A stretch of 55,054 nt of DNA, counting the filler, from Sphacelaria rigidula (lineage: Eukaryota), in the NCBI GenBank assembly GCA_964200075.2. It is 6 parts of 6 records of this genome, joined end to end, with 100 filler letters (N's around TTAATTAATTAA, not from the genome) between each part and the next. Parts side by side here need not be neighbours in the genome. Positions count along the whole stretch, not along the records: positions 1 to 9,094 come from CAXNAA020009317.1; positions 9,195 to 18,286 come from CAXNAA020009318.1; 4 more parts are not named here. One strand, 5' to 3'. Shown piece after piece: positions 1-11,171 of the stretch. The position numbers and the translations under genes were made by a program. Numbering within the stretch: the first letter of the stretch is position 1; the number at the start of each line of letters is the position of its first letter. The notes under the pieces are model-generated. The model saw nothing but the letters and a program-made list of their open reading frames with translations, did no database searches and was not told the DNA's origin.

Positions 1-499
1 AGGCGGTCAGAACTCTGTCAATTACCCCACACTTGCATCTGGGCAAACTGATTATGTACACAGGACCTTATCCATGTTACCACACGGTAATTGAGTGACT
101 GAGCTGTATTGAAATGCACTGAACTTCGGTACCGCTGCTTCTGTATAACTTTACGACAAATACTATAGCGCATTCAGGCGGGCAGTCAGGTTGTGGTGAC
201 GCTACATCAGCCGTTCACCAACGCCAGCAATGCTTGAAGGGCCGTACTTCGAAACCTGACATGTTGATTGTGATGCGGCTTCACAACGCCGCCGCGTACC
301 GTTACTCGCCATGTACATGCAGGTTCACAGTGCTACCGCGTGTCTGGTAAAAATGAGGTAAAGAAGGTGGCGGTTAAAACTAACGATGTGCGGTAGATCG
401 AAACGTTCAGTCTATCAAACCATAAAACTTATCACGACCTGCCTTAGCGAGTCTCTATCAAATTATGAAATACGCCTGCCGACAGACTGAGCAGACAAC

Positions 500-3400
500 T
501 GTCATTAACGGGAAGTTGCGAAGTTTGAATGGACGAAACGCGGCACCCACCGGTCAGGGGGGGCAGGCCATTGAGTTGCGGGAGCTTCACTGATATGAAA
601 AATGGATGTACACCCCTCGCAGTTCTCCCTGCTGGATAGTTCGAGGCCTGGGGGATATCTACTCCGATACTAAATAAGAACCAGACCCAACCGTGTAGTA
701 TAGTTATGTTCACAACTTTTGAAGAAACCCAGCGAACAATCATCGGTTATGGTCCGTGATATATATGAGGGTTGAGAGGTGAACGTTTCCGTTCTCAAAC
801 GGTCGATAGTCTGACGTGACACTCCTGTCGCGCGACCAGTGGGTAGTGCAACTAGCCCTTCCTGGTGCACGTTGTACTAGTGTGTAGCAATTATGACAGT
901 ATCTACTAGAATGTACACACCTTTTCGGATACCCGCTCCATATTATCGTAAGGAAATAACACGGTTAATCAAGAATGATCCACCATCAGTCATCAATAAC
1001 TCAAGGAATGGGACCATTTACCCATGTTCACCCTGGCTGGGGTGATCAATTCAACACTGCCACGATTGGGCAACTACGGAGAGTGCTGCGAGACAAGATA
1101 TCTGCACGAGGCCACCAGACGGACGCTACACCATCTCCCGTTGTGTGTCCACTCTGCACCTATCGACAATCAAATTCCAACGCGGTTTGTCTGTCCGTGC
1201 ATGCTATGACTACCATCAGACGAGGCTGCGTTTGTCTGGGCAGGGCTTCTGGTCTTGAGGGTCTACGGGTTCCACAAATTCCTTTTGCCGATATATATCG
1301 AGAAGAAACCAACCAGGCGGTTGGCTGGTACTGAACAACTAAACTAATAATATATTGTAGACATTTTGCATATATGCTGGCATGGAAGCTGCATGGAAGC
1401 CAGACAACGTGTGAATAAATTGGGGAATGCGCGTGAGTCCGGAGTATGCGTGCGTTATACAATAGGCTCACCTACAAGCAGGCAGGAAATCACTACATAC
1501 AAGGAAACATGATGTTACATGAAGCTAGGGGGGGTATCACCTGCGACCACGTAAAAGACCATGTAATGCTGCGCTTGCTTACACGCGGTGGCAGGTCAAA
1601 TATTTCGCAAAATAGCAATGAAACCGTTGAAGCGGTGTGATCTCCCTTACGCCTTGAAATAAAAACTTGCCCTCACGGGTGAGTGCACAGGATCGAAAGG
1701 TGAAAGCCGATCGTGCAAGGAGCTGTGAGATGAGACAGCTTCATGCTTGCTTTATACCCGTGACAGGTCGAATCTTGTCGTGTAGACCTGAATGAGTAGA
1801 GTCACGGTGGATGCTAGGATTTCATGACTTTCTAGACTGCTTTACTAAATCTTTCCATGCAACAGCTGCTGTGTGCTTCCTGCTATGTGATGCAGCTGAA
1901 AAGAGCAACACAATACTATGCCGTCTTCACCCATCAAGCTTGTGCTTACTGTATTCACCACACTGGAGTTTTCATCACGTTTGCACACCAGAAACGGGAT
2001 GGTGTATACATGTATACAGACGAAGTTGACAGTAAGTATCAGTTGAACTCTTACTAATTCGAGTATAATCTATCGTCGTGCGCCGCTGGACGGACTAACA
2101 TGAGACTTGTTCACAACTGACTCTGTTGTTGCTGTACGCTATGGTTTTTGGAGTTTCATACAGCTAACTGAAAAGGAACCACGGTAAAATATGCTGCTCC
2201 ACACATACTCAAACTCGACAAGACCCGCTGAATTAAAAATCGCTTGTGTCTCCGCACATTGAGTTGCGATAACACCCTTGGGTTTTACGACATGCTACCA
2301 TCTTATTTATTGTGATGCTATTACAATATGGTTGTGCGAGATTACGGTATTGACTGATTATGGCCTGCACCATCTCCTCGATGAAATCGTTTACTTTGTA
2401 CTCAGTCTAACAGTGCACGAGTAATGTGCTTTCACTGTGGGAACAAAACTATTCCGAATCATCATCGAATATCAAATGTCGGACTATGCATGCGGAAGAA
2501 CCTCTGCTGTGTACTATCTATTTGAGACTATATACTGTGGGGACACATGAGGTAGTAATGGCCGTGTTGCCTGAGTGAAACTACTCAACGCGATATATAC
2601 CAGCAGATGGGAGTTAACGAACTGCCTGCGCGAAAGATACACAGGAGCTATCGAGATGTTGTCGGCTACAACTAGTAACGAGTACAGCATATACTTTTAG
2701 GAACGCGAACCACTTGCTAGAGTATCTCATGCATGCCCACGGATGCAACGGTGAAATAATGTCATTTTTACTCTCTATATACTTCGCAAATTCACGAAAC
2801 TGCTCGTGTGACCGTAATGCCATACTGGTTGTGCATACATATGCTACAAGGCACGATACCATGTGAGCCGATTTGTCGTGAACGAAATTGCAAAGCTTGA
2901 ATCAACATGGGGTATTTACCCTACCCCGGTCAAGGGGGGGGGGGGTAGATCATTGATGCGATAATGTGTGTTACTATCATGGAGTTGCATGTAACTTCAA
3001 CGTGGTTCCCCCTGATTGATGGTTTTGCCCTTTCTGGATAGCTCCAAAGGGTGTGGGCGAGCCATACATGCTTGAGAACTTCGGGGCTATGTGATGTCTG
3101 CTCTGGTTTTGAAGATATCAAACCCAACCATGTACTTTGACTTTACTTCACGACTTTCAATACATGGGTGATCGTTTCCGTGTGCACCTAATAACCGCAC
3201 CTCATACATGACCGTGTATGCAACTAATAGAGAATGAAATTGTTACGCTGCCGTCCGCTAATTCACGAAAATCTGTTTGTGTAACCGTAATGTCAAACTG
3301 GTTGTGCATACAAGCTACCAGGCACGGTACTATGTAAGCCGATTAGCCGTGAACAGAAATTGCGAGGCTTGAATGAACGAAACATGAGGTATTTACCCCA

Positions 3401-4140
3401 CCACCTGGTCAGGGGGGGCAAATCATTAATGCTCGAAAAAAATGCTATTTTGTCGTGGAACATGGATGAACGCTCTACGTGATTCCCCTGTTTGATCGTT
3501 TGCGCCCTTGGCAGATATCTTCAAAGAGTATAAACGAGTCATGCATGCGTAACACAAATGGAGAGTTCTGTGAAGTTGTTCGATTCTAAGAGATCAAACC
3601 CAACCATGCACTTATAGTTATATTTCGACTGTGAATACGTGGGTGGTTGTTTACAGGTCCACTGCTGAACATACCATTATTTGATCAATATTACCCGCAG
3701 CGGTGGATCACAGGACTGCATGAAGCCTGCAACAGTTGCTCGTCAACAATTATTGTTGGTGCCCGCATGCCAAATTTCATGTAGCTACGCATGAGTGTGA
3801 TAATCAACTCAGATCCACAACGATTGAGTGGCTATGAGGGAAGCGGCATGCTAATGTGTTTGCATGCGGCCACCAGACGGATGCCCCGTCAGTTCCCGTT
3901 GACCGTCTATACTCGTGCACGCTCCGACAATCAATTCGAAGATGACCGTCTACTTGCGCACGCTCTGACAATCCATTCGAAGATGACCGTCTACGTGCGT
4001 GCTCCGACGATCAATTCGAAGATGACTGTCTACATGTGCGCGCTATGATCGTCTCGGGGGCAGGGCTACATTCTTCTGGTCCTGAGAGTCCATGGGTTCA
4101 ACACATTCCTTTGCCGGATTTACGCTGGAAATAATCTGAC
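500..4140. repeat. Diverged nested direct repeats (block A x3, block B x2)
   Basis: Block A motifs (TTGAAT..ACGAAAC, CC.GGTCAGGGGGGGCA, AAACCCAACCATG) recur at ~500-735, ~2786-3170 and ~3258-3650. Block B motifs (GGCCACCAGACGGA, CGACAATCAA, GGGCAGGGCT..TTCTGGTC) recur at ~1100-1310 and ~3860-4140. Confidence 0.7.
3918..4045 (+). repeat. Tandem repeat, ~39-41 bp x3
   Basis: CTCCGACAATCAATTCGAAGATGACCGTCTAC.TGCG repeated three times. Confidence 0.85.
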
Positions 4141-4359
4141 GGAAGTCGTTGGCTTGTAATGAACGACTCGTGTGCTTATCGTGGAAACTTTGCAAGTTGC
4201 CAACATACAAGCCGGACATCGAATGGATGGGTGAGAAATTTGTATGAACCATATATATATATACATATATGCTTACATCATGCAGCGAACAAGCAGGATT
4301 TGATTGCATACAGGAAAATGGGCGAGGACGAAGGCTCAAGATGTCAAGACCATGCTTGT

Positions 4360-5090
4360 CGAACGGTTGACAGGGGGCCAGGAGTTCCCCTTGTGCGTGC
4401 GAACAGGTTGACAGAGATCCAGCATTTCCCATGTGTTTTCGAGCAGGTTGACAGGGAGCCAGGATTTCCCATATGGCTTCGAACAAGTTGACAGCGGAGC
4501 CAGGAGTTTCCCATGTGTTTTCGAACAGGTTGGCAGGGGGCCAGGAGTTTCCCTTGTGCGTGCGAACAGATGGACAGGAGAGCCAGGAGTTTCCCATGTG
4601 TTTCGAAAAGGTTGACAGCGGAGCCAGGACTTCCCATGTGTTTTCGAACAGGTTATCAGGGAGCCAGGAGTTTCCCATGTGTTTTCGAACAGGTTGACAG
4701 GGATGCAGGACTTCCCATGTGTTTTCGAGCAGGTTGACAGGGAGCCAGGATTTCCCATGTGTTTTCGAACAGATTGGCAGGGGAGCCAGGATTTTCCCAT
4801 GTGTTTTCGAACAGGTTGACAGCGGAGCCAGGAGTTTCCCTTGTGCGTGCGAACAGGTGGACAGGAGAGCCAGGATTTCCCATGTGTTTTCGAACAGGTT
4901 GACAGCGGAGCCAGGAGTTTCCCATGTGTTTTCGAACAGATTGACAGGGGGCTAGGAGTTTCCCTTGTGTTTTCGAGAAGCTTGACAGGAATCCAGGACT
5001 TCCCATGTGTTTTCGAGCAGGTTGACGGGGAGCCAGGAGTTTCCCATGTGTTTTCGAACAAGTTGACGGGACGCCAGGAGTTCCCCATGC
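4360..5090 (+). repeat. Minisatellite, 40-42 bp unit, ~18 copies
   Basis: Consensus GTTGACAGGGAGCCAGGAGTTTCCCATGTGTTTTCGAACAG repeated head to tail. It explains the overlapping repetitive ORFs at 4043-5107. Confidence 0.95.
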
Positions 5091-5103
5091 GTCTTAGAAC
5101 AGC

Positions 5104-5343
5104 GTGAACTCCATTTTAGCCGAAGCGAGTAGGAACGATGCACAACAGCTGTGGGTACAAGCTGAAGTTTGGCACCACAGCAAGAGTAGCCACCGCTCAC
5201 CAGTAACGGTGTTGCTGGACACCGGGGCAGGGGGCGGCAGGGGGGGGGAGCTATGCATCAAAGCAGTGGTGGAAGTCTTTGGTGATTTGGGGGAACATAT
5301 CGGGCAAACTACAGCGGCAAGGAGCAGAATTCCTGAGGGGTAG
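5104..5343 (+). pseudogene. Retropepsin-like aspartic protease fragment
   Basis: Hydrophobic-LLDTGA catalytic motif; the frame is disrupted at the following G-runs. Confidence 0.65.
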
Positions 5344-5399
5344 CAAACCCTAGTGACAGCAGGACGCCGCCGATGAAGATTTTGGGGTTAGCTGAGGAG

Positions 5400-5850
5400 A
5401 TCATGACCGTTCCGCAACTGTATACATTGACAGATAGGAAAGTGGTGTTAGGATCAGGATCGTCCTGGGAGTGGGTCTATCGGGGGTTGTTCATGACGGA
5501 ACCGAGTCTCACTGGCTTTCAGAGGAGGAAGTCTTGGACAGTTTCACTGGGCTACGGTTGGACGTGTTTCCATCTTTGTGGGAACTATATAACCCGCAAA
5601 CCAAACCGCGCCCATCCGTTAACCCATCTCGAGCGGAAAGAGACTCTTCTGCTCGGGATGAAGCTTTGCGATTCATTCCTCGAGGGACAAGAATACGTAA
5701 ACAGTTTGTGAACAACCGAGGGGAGCGGCAGGAGTTCAACGGGGAAGTGTTCGACTTCCGTCAGCCGTATTACCGCACCAAGTATGAGGATGGGGATTGG
5801 GAAGAGATGACGCCGTCGGAGGTGCGGAAAAATGCGGTGAAGGAACAGGG
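5400..5850 (+). pseudogene. Chromodomain-like plus Tudor-like pol C-terminal region, frameshifted near 5490
   Basis: Frame 5373 reads LYTLTDRKVV..WEWVYRG, continuing in frame 5471 as HDGTESHWLSEEEV. Then G-x-x-I-x-K-x-F...F-x-G-x-V...YY-x-x-x-YEDGD-x-EEM, typical of Tudor-like barrels. Confidence 0.55.
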
Positions 5851-5884
5851 TACCAGAGCCGCTTCAGGATCTCATGAATGGGGA

Positions 5885-6045
5885 AAAGGGATCGTTCTGC
5901 ACGGTGTTTAAATGCTCTACGTGGTCTAATCCGGCAGAGCAGTCAACAAGATCAAGGACACCTCCGGACTAGAAGGGATCGTCCTGCACGGTGTTTAAAT
6001 TCCCTACGTGGTCTAACCCGGCAGAACGATTATCAAGATCGACGG
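5885..6045 (+). repeat. Tandem duplication, ~87 bp x2, in retroelement 3' region
   Basis: AAGGGATCGT.CTGCACGGTGTTTAAAT..CTACGTGGTCTAA.CCGGCAGA..CAAGATC at ~5886 and ~5973. Confidence 0.85.
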
Positions 6046-6150
6046 CTACACCCCGACGCTGAGCACTCGGAAGAGGGACATGGTGACGCGGCGATCCATC
6101 GTGTGAATCACGTCAGTCCCAGGGTTTTCAATCCTAGGACTGAGGGGGGG

Positions 6151-6538
6151 TGTTACGGATCGCGGCGTGATGCAGTGGAAAGGGGGACAGTACAATGATG
6201 GACCGTTGATTTGGAACGAAGATACGCGCCCGGAGGGCTGCTCGCGGGAACTGGCTAGTACCTGCGGTCAGGGGTGAGGATGTTAAGTAATCCGTCAAGA
6301 TACAAGGTACATAAACACGCCTCTTACATCTGGTTGAATCCGATTATTTCTAAGAAACGGTGCAATGCTATGATGTCCTGGTGTTCAGAACTTCTCGAGA
6401 AGGCTCTGGTTTCAACACTACCAAGGAACAAAAGAAATCGAATCACCTGAAGCTGTGAACAAGGATATCCTGACGATCGACGTGTACTGTACTGCGTTGG
6501 ACTGTCTCCCCACGTGCTGTGAGCTTACGATTGTAACA
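6151..6538 (+). mobile_element. Long terminal repeat (3' LTR, 388 bp)
   Basis: Starts TGTTAC immediately after the PPT and ends GTAACA (6533-6538), giving 6-bp inverted termini with canonical TG...CA. No partner LTR is present in the window. Confidence 0.7.
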
Positions 6539-6804
6539 AGATTAACGGTGAGACGGTTTGGAGGTTGAGTACTTTATGAACAGATGTGAAAGGATCGGCC
6601 TGTAGTAAACGAATATGAACGAACTCGTGCACAAATGGATGGCAGTCAAATAATTAGTAGAATGAAAGGTTCCACCCGAAATAGTGAAATTTCGTACTCG
6701 TTGACCGAAGGTTTGTTATTTGCCTAGTTCAGTGATCAACCTGGACCGTAGAGTAAAGCAAATGCTGACAACAACTGGAGATTGCCGTTTACTTGTATCA
6801 TCTT

Positions 6805-8975
6805 TCCCAACTTACCATAGCACAGCCCGGACATAGACAAGAAATGACGAAGCTCACCATTTTGTCTCTTTAACCCAACGTACCACAGCCCAGATATAGA
6901 GATGAAATGGAGAAGATACCCTACCCTCTTCTTGAACCCACCGTAACACAGCCCCGACATCGAGATGAGATAAAGAACATAACCATCATCTTCCTCTGAC
7001 CCACCATCACACAGCCCGGACATGGACATAAAAAAAGGAAGCTATCCATTATTTTTCTAAAACACACCATAACACAGCCCGGACATAGACATGAGATGAG
7101 GAGGCCGGCCAATTTTTTTGTTACCCTACCGTCACACAGCACGGACATGGACATGGAATGGCGAAGCAAACCATCTTTCCCATTTCACCTACCATACCAC
7201 AGCCGAGACTTGGACATGAAACATAAAAGCTTACCGTTATATCGTTTCACCTACTAGAAGATAGCCCGGAAATCAACATGGAATAAAAAAGCTGACAATC
7301 CCTTCTCCTCACCCTATCATCACACAGCACGGGGAAAGACATGGAATGACGGAGCTCACCATCTTCTCTGTTGTACCTACCATCACACAGCCCAGATATA
7401 GACATAGAATGACGAAGCTAACCCTCTTTCCTGACCTACCATAGCACAGCCCGGACATAGACAAGAAATGACGAAGCTCACCATTTTGTCTCTAACCCAA
7501 CGTACCACGGCCCAGATATAGAGATGAAATGGAGAAGATACCCTACCCTCTTCTTGAACCCACCGTAACACAGCCCCGACATCGAGATGAGATAAAGAAC
7601 ATAACCATCATCTTCCTCTAACCCACCATCACACAGCCCGGACATGGAGATTAAACAAGGAAGCTATCCATTATTTTTCTACAACACACCATAACACAGC
7701 CCAGACACAGACATGAAATGAGGAGGCTGGTCAATCTTTTTGTTACCCTACCGTCACACAGCACGGACATAGACATGGAATGTCGAAGAAAACCATCTTT
7801 CCCCTTTCACCTACCATACCACAGCCGAGACATAGACATGAAATATAGAATCTCACCGTCCTTTTAGTTTCACCTACCAGAAGATAGCCCGGACATCAAC
7901 ATGGAATCAAAAAGCTGACCATCCTCTTCATTCACCCTATCATCACACAGCACGGAGATGGACACGGAATGACGAAGCTTACCATCCATCTTCTCTGTTG
8001 AACATACCATCACACAGCCCAGATGTAAACATGGAATGACGAAGCTTACCCTCTTTCCTGACCTACCATAGCACAGCCCGAACATAGACATGGAATGACG
8101 AAGCCAATCATATTCTCTGAGCAATGCTACGGTAGGGGTGCACTTTTTTCGAAACGTTTTGTCTGGTTCAGAGGCTCCTAACGGTTCTAGAGGCACAAGA
8201 ATATCGGTCAGGGCATCCCCGTTTGCAGATTCATTCAGGATATCCCCAGCACATTGGAATCGTAATCCTGGCGTACTCTCGCATATATTCAAAAATTGTA
8301 TTTTGGATGAGATAAAGGGCTCCTAACAATTCGAACCTCAGAAAATATTTGTGTAACCCTACCGTAGCATCACTCCTCTCTTCAACCCAATATACCACAG
8401 CCCAGTTATGCGCATGGAATGAGGAAGCTCACCATCCTTTTTCATCCACAGACGATAATATGACCCAGATATAGAGATGAAATAAAGAAGGTGACCTACC
8501 TTCTCCTCGAACCTACCGTCACATAGCCCGGACATCGAGATGAGATGAAGAACATAGCCATCCACTCCCTTTGACCTACAATCACACAGCCCGAGCATAG
8601 ACATGAAACAAGGAAGCTAACCAACCTTTTTCTTCAACCATCCATCACACAGCCTGGACATAGACATACAACAAGGAAGCTATCCATCTTTTTTCTTCAA
8701 CGCACCATAACACAGCCCGGACATATAGACATGAAATGAGGAAGTTGACCATTCTTTTCATTACCCTACCAACACACAGCACGGACATGGACATGGAATA
8801 ACGAAGCTAACCATATTTCCTCTTTAATTTACCATACCCCAGCGGAGAAAAAGATGTGTGATGTTGATTCTAATCGTCTTGTTTTCAATCTACCATAGCA
8901 CAGCCCGGAAATAGACATGGAATCAAAAAGCTGACAATTCGTTTTCTTCAACCTACCATCACAGAGCCCAGTCAT
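6805..8975. repeat. Satellite, ~62-63 bp monomer, ~31 copies, ~625-bp 10-mer higher-order repeat
   Basis: Core CCTACCATCACACAGCCCGGACATAGACATGGAATGACGAAGCT recurs every 62-63 bp. Monomer variants recur in order at 6821, 7446 and 8072. Confidence 0.95.
8124..8370. mobile_element. MITE inserted in the satellite
   Basis: Perfect 14-bp inverted ends ATGCTACGGTAGGG (8124) / CCCTACCGTAGCAT (8357-8370). A homologous copy lies at 21833-22075. Confidence 0.85.
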
Positions 8976-9094
8976 TTAACAACAAATTGTGCGGATTGAG
9001 GTTTAACTTCGGGATGAGGTTCAACCTCAATCCGCACAATTTGTTGTTAAATGACTGGGCTCTGTGATGGTAGGTTGAAGAAAACGAATTGTCA
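8932..9094. repeat. Perfect inverted repeat, 72-bp arms with 19-nt loop, at contig end
   Basis: 8932-9003 is the exact reverse complement of 9023-9094; the right arm ends at the gap. Confidence 0.9.
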
Positions 9095-9194
9095 NNNNNN
9101 NNNNNNNNNNNNNNNNNNNNNNNNNNNNNNNNNNNNNNTTAATTAATTAANNNNNNNNNNNNNNNNNNNNNNNNNNNNNNNNNNNNNNNNNNNN
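9095..9194. other. Artificial contig spacer 44N-TTAATTAATTAA-44N
   Basis: Six-frame stop linker, repeated identically every 9192 bp. Confidence 0.99.
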
Positions 9195-9228
<34 letters not shown>

Positions 9229-9229
9229 C

Positions 9230-9267
<38 letters not shown>

Positions 9268-9515
9268 CAATAATAGTAATAATATAATAACAATAATAAT
9301 AGTAATAATAGTAATAATAACAATAATAATAGTAATAATAATAACAATAATAATAGTAATATAATAGTAATAAAAAGAATGATGATGATAATAACCTCTA
9401 TTATTACTATTGGGACTATCATCTGTAATTTTTATAATCATTAGTACTAGTAGTAGTAGTAGCAGTAGCAGTAGTAGCAGTAGTAGCAGTAGTAGTAGTA
9501 GTGGTGGTGGTGGTA
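9195..9515. repeat. Microsatellites (ATA/ACA)n and (AGT/AGC)n
   Basis: Trinucleotide runs visible directly. Confidence 0.95.
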
Positions 9516-9850
9516 GGATATTTTACTGTCACTAGTGTTGCTATTTCCACACATTCCCCCGATCTCTCGAACCCGTGGTGACAAACGTGGCTTCGCCTTT
9601 CCAGTACTATCACTGCTATTCCTTACGTAGAAACAAGAAATGTATCACCACCCAAGAAGTTGACGTCGGATTCACGCAGAGAATCAAGCCAGATTGGAAG
9701 TCGTAAGCGTTCGGTACGCGAAACTTCCTCATACGTTCTCGAATAAGCTGAATACCGTTGAGTATCAACCACACAAGGTGATACATGCATCTCTTGGAAC
9801 TGAGTAGCATACTACACTTGGAAGTTTGAAAAACTGGCAATTCTGGGTTC

Positions 9851-9916
9851 TGCATCAGGTACATGCATCAGGTACATGCATCAGGTACATGCATCAGGTA
9901 CATGCATCAGGTACAT
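9851..9916 (+). repeat. 13-bp tandem repeat x5 (TGCATCAGGTACA)
   Basis: Units start at 9851, 9864, 9877, 9890 and 9903. Confidence 0.95.
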
Positions 9917-9985
9917 GAGGTAGGCCGCCACGAGTGCCATCGTTTCGCGTTTCTTTCTCTCCGCTGCCGTACATACTTCGTATAC

Positions 9986-10141
9986 CTTAACAGAATCAAT
10001 CTCCCTGAGTAGGCACGGACGTCGACGCTGCAGCCGAAGAGCTTCGGCGATCTGTTCGTCCAATACCGCATGTGCATCGTTTGCCACCAAGGCGGTGACT
10101 GTTGCACTGTATCGAACGCGCGAGGCAGCTCCGATAACAAG
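9986..10141 (-). CDS. Exon of uncharacterised multi-exon protein (contig 2 gene)
   Basis: cag|LVIGAASRVRYSATVTALVANDAHAVLDEQIAEALRLQRRRPCLLREIDSVK|gt; phase 0-0, joins the exon at 11058-11171. Confidence 0.7.
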
Positions 10142-10272
10142 CTGGGATGGCGGGGTTTCCGCGGCAGACCGATGGAAACGAGAGGGAACAAGTGGCGGAT
10201 GGGGGACGTGTGGACGGAGGTACCCCGCTATTTAGACGTGCGCTGAAATATCTTTTCGGACAAACGAGGTCA

Positions 10273-10313
10273 TTAGGGTTAGGGTTAGGATCAGGGTTAA
10301 GGTTAGGGTTAGG
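10273..10313 (+). repeat. Interstitial telomere-like (TTAGGG)n tract
   Basis: TTAGGGTTAGGGTTAGGATCAGGGTTAAGGTTAGGGTTAGG. Confidence 0.85.
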
Positions 10314-11057
10314 CAAGTCAGGCCGGAACAATAAAGGGGAAGGGGTGGTGATGTCGTGCATGATGCCAAATCAGCGAGAACGGAGGTAGGGCATACTCTG
10401 TTGCTCGGTACAGAATGCACGGCTCATCATGCAGTGCGGAAGAAATCACGAATGTTGTCGCGACGACACGAAAAAGAATCTGAAACGGTTGAAGGGGACA
10501 GGGAAGGGCGGGGTGATATGCCATGATTGATTGATTGATCGATTGATTGTGGTACATGAAGTTATCCTCGAAGAAGCTCTTCATAGTCGTAGTCATTATC
10601 CACAAGGTATACGTACCCAAGGTGAACAAGACGGAGAGACTCGCTGACAACGAAAATATAAAACAAAAGCAGAAAGATAGAGCAAACAAATAGATTAGAC
10701 TTCAAAAAGAGGGGGGAGAATGAAAAACACAAAGACGAAAAACAGAAGTATAGATGGCCGGCCTCTGCAGCACGGATTCAGGTGGGAAAAGGTCGTGAGC
10801 AAAAGCACAGTCAGGCCCCGAGAAAACGTCATATTTTATATGTGGTCCGGCATCATACGGAGTGAAATTTTGGTTTCCCAACAGCTAGACGTCGGTCCAG
10901 TTAATCTATCAAGCCACGAAATCGACGGCGGGTTAATGCTGAGAAAGTGTCACTTTGCCTCCGTTTCAAGCTGTCCAATTTAGCAACGTATCCGGTAGTT
11001 GGTACGTATCAACCGAGTCGTATCCACGTTCTGGTCATGAGATACCGAGTGTTTCAC

Positions 11058-11171
11058 CTGAAAGAGACCTTCTCGTACAGGCTGCACCCGAGGCTGGTGG
11101 AAAATCATAATCCTACCCATCGTGTCCGCCGTGTTGAGCGATTGCAAGTAGTGGGGCGAAAATCCAATCGG
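11058..11171 (-). CDS. Exon of contig 2 gene
   Basis: cag|PIGFSPHYLQSLNTADTMGRIMIFHQPRVQPVREGLFQ|gtgaaa; 114 bp, phase 0-0; not in the ORF track. Confidence 0.7.

Larger units (their letters stand above)
5100..6538 (+). mobile_element. Internally deleted Ty3/gypsy-like LTR retrotransposon remnant (protease motif, chromo-like and Tudor-like C-terminus, PPT, 3' LTR)
   Basis: VTVLLDTGAG retropepsin motif (~5203-5232). Frameshifted WEWVYRG..HDGTESHWLSEEEVLDSF chromo-like segment. Then GTRIRKQF..FNGEVFDFRQPYYRTKYEDGDWEEM. Purine tract GAGGGGGGG at 6142-6150 abuts TGTTAC. No RT, RNaseH or integrase core is visible. Confidence 0.75.

Noticed and set aside
4360..5090. CRISPR-like array or repeat-protein ORFs (211 and 250 aa)
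   Set aside because: Units are contiguous with no unique spacers, there are no cas genes and the context is eukaryotic. Unit length of 40-42 bp shifts frame, so the ORFs are by-products of a stop-poor unit.
6805..8975. Repeat-spacer architecture (conserved core plus variable part) as a CRISPR analogue
   Set aside because: The variable parts resemble each other and recur with 10-mer periodicity, which is satellite evolution rather than spacer acquisition.
9139..9613. Poly-Leu/Ile/Tyr/Thr ORFs
   Set aside because: Translations of microsatellites running into a gap.
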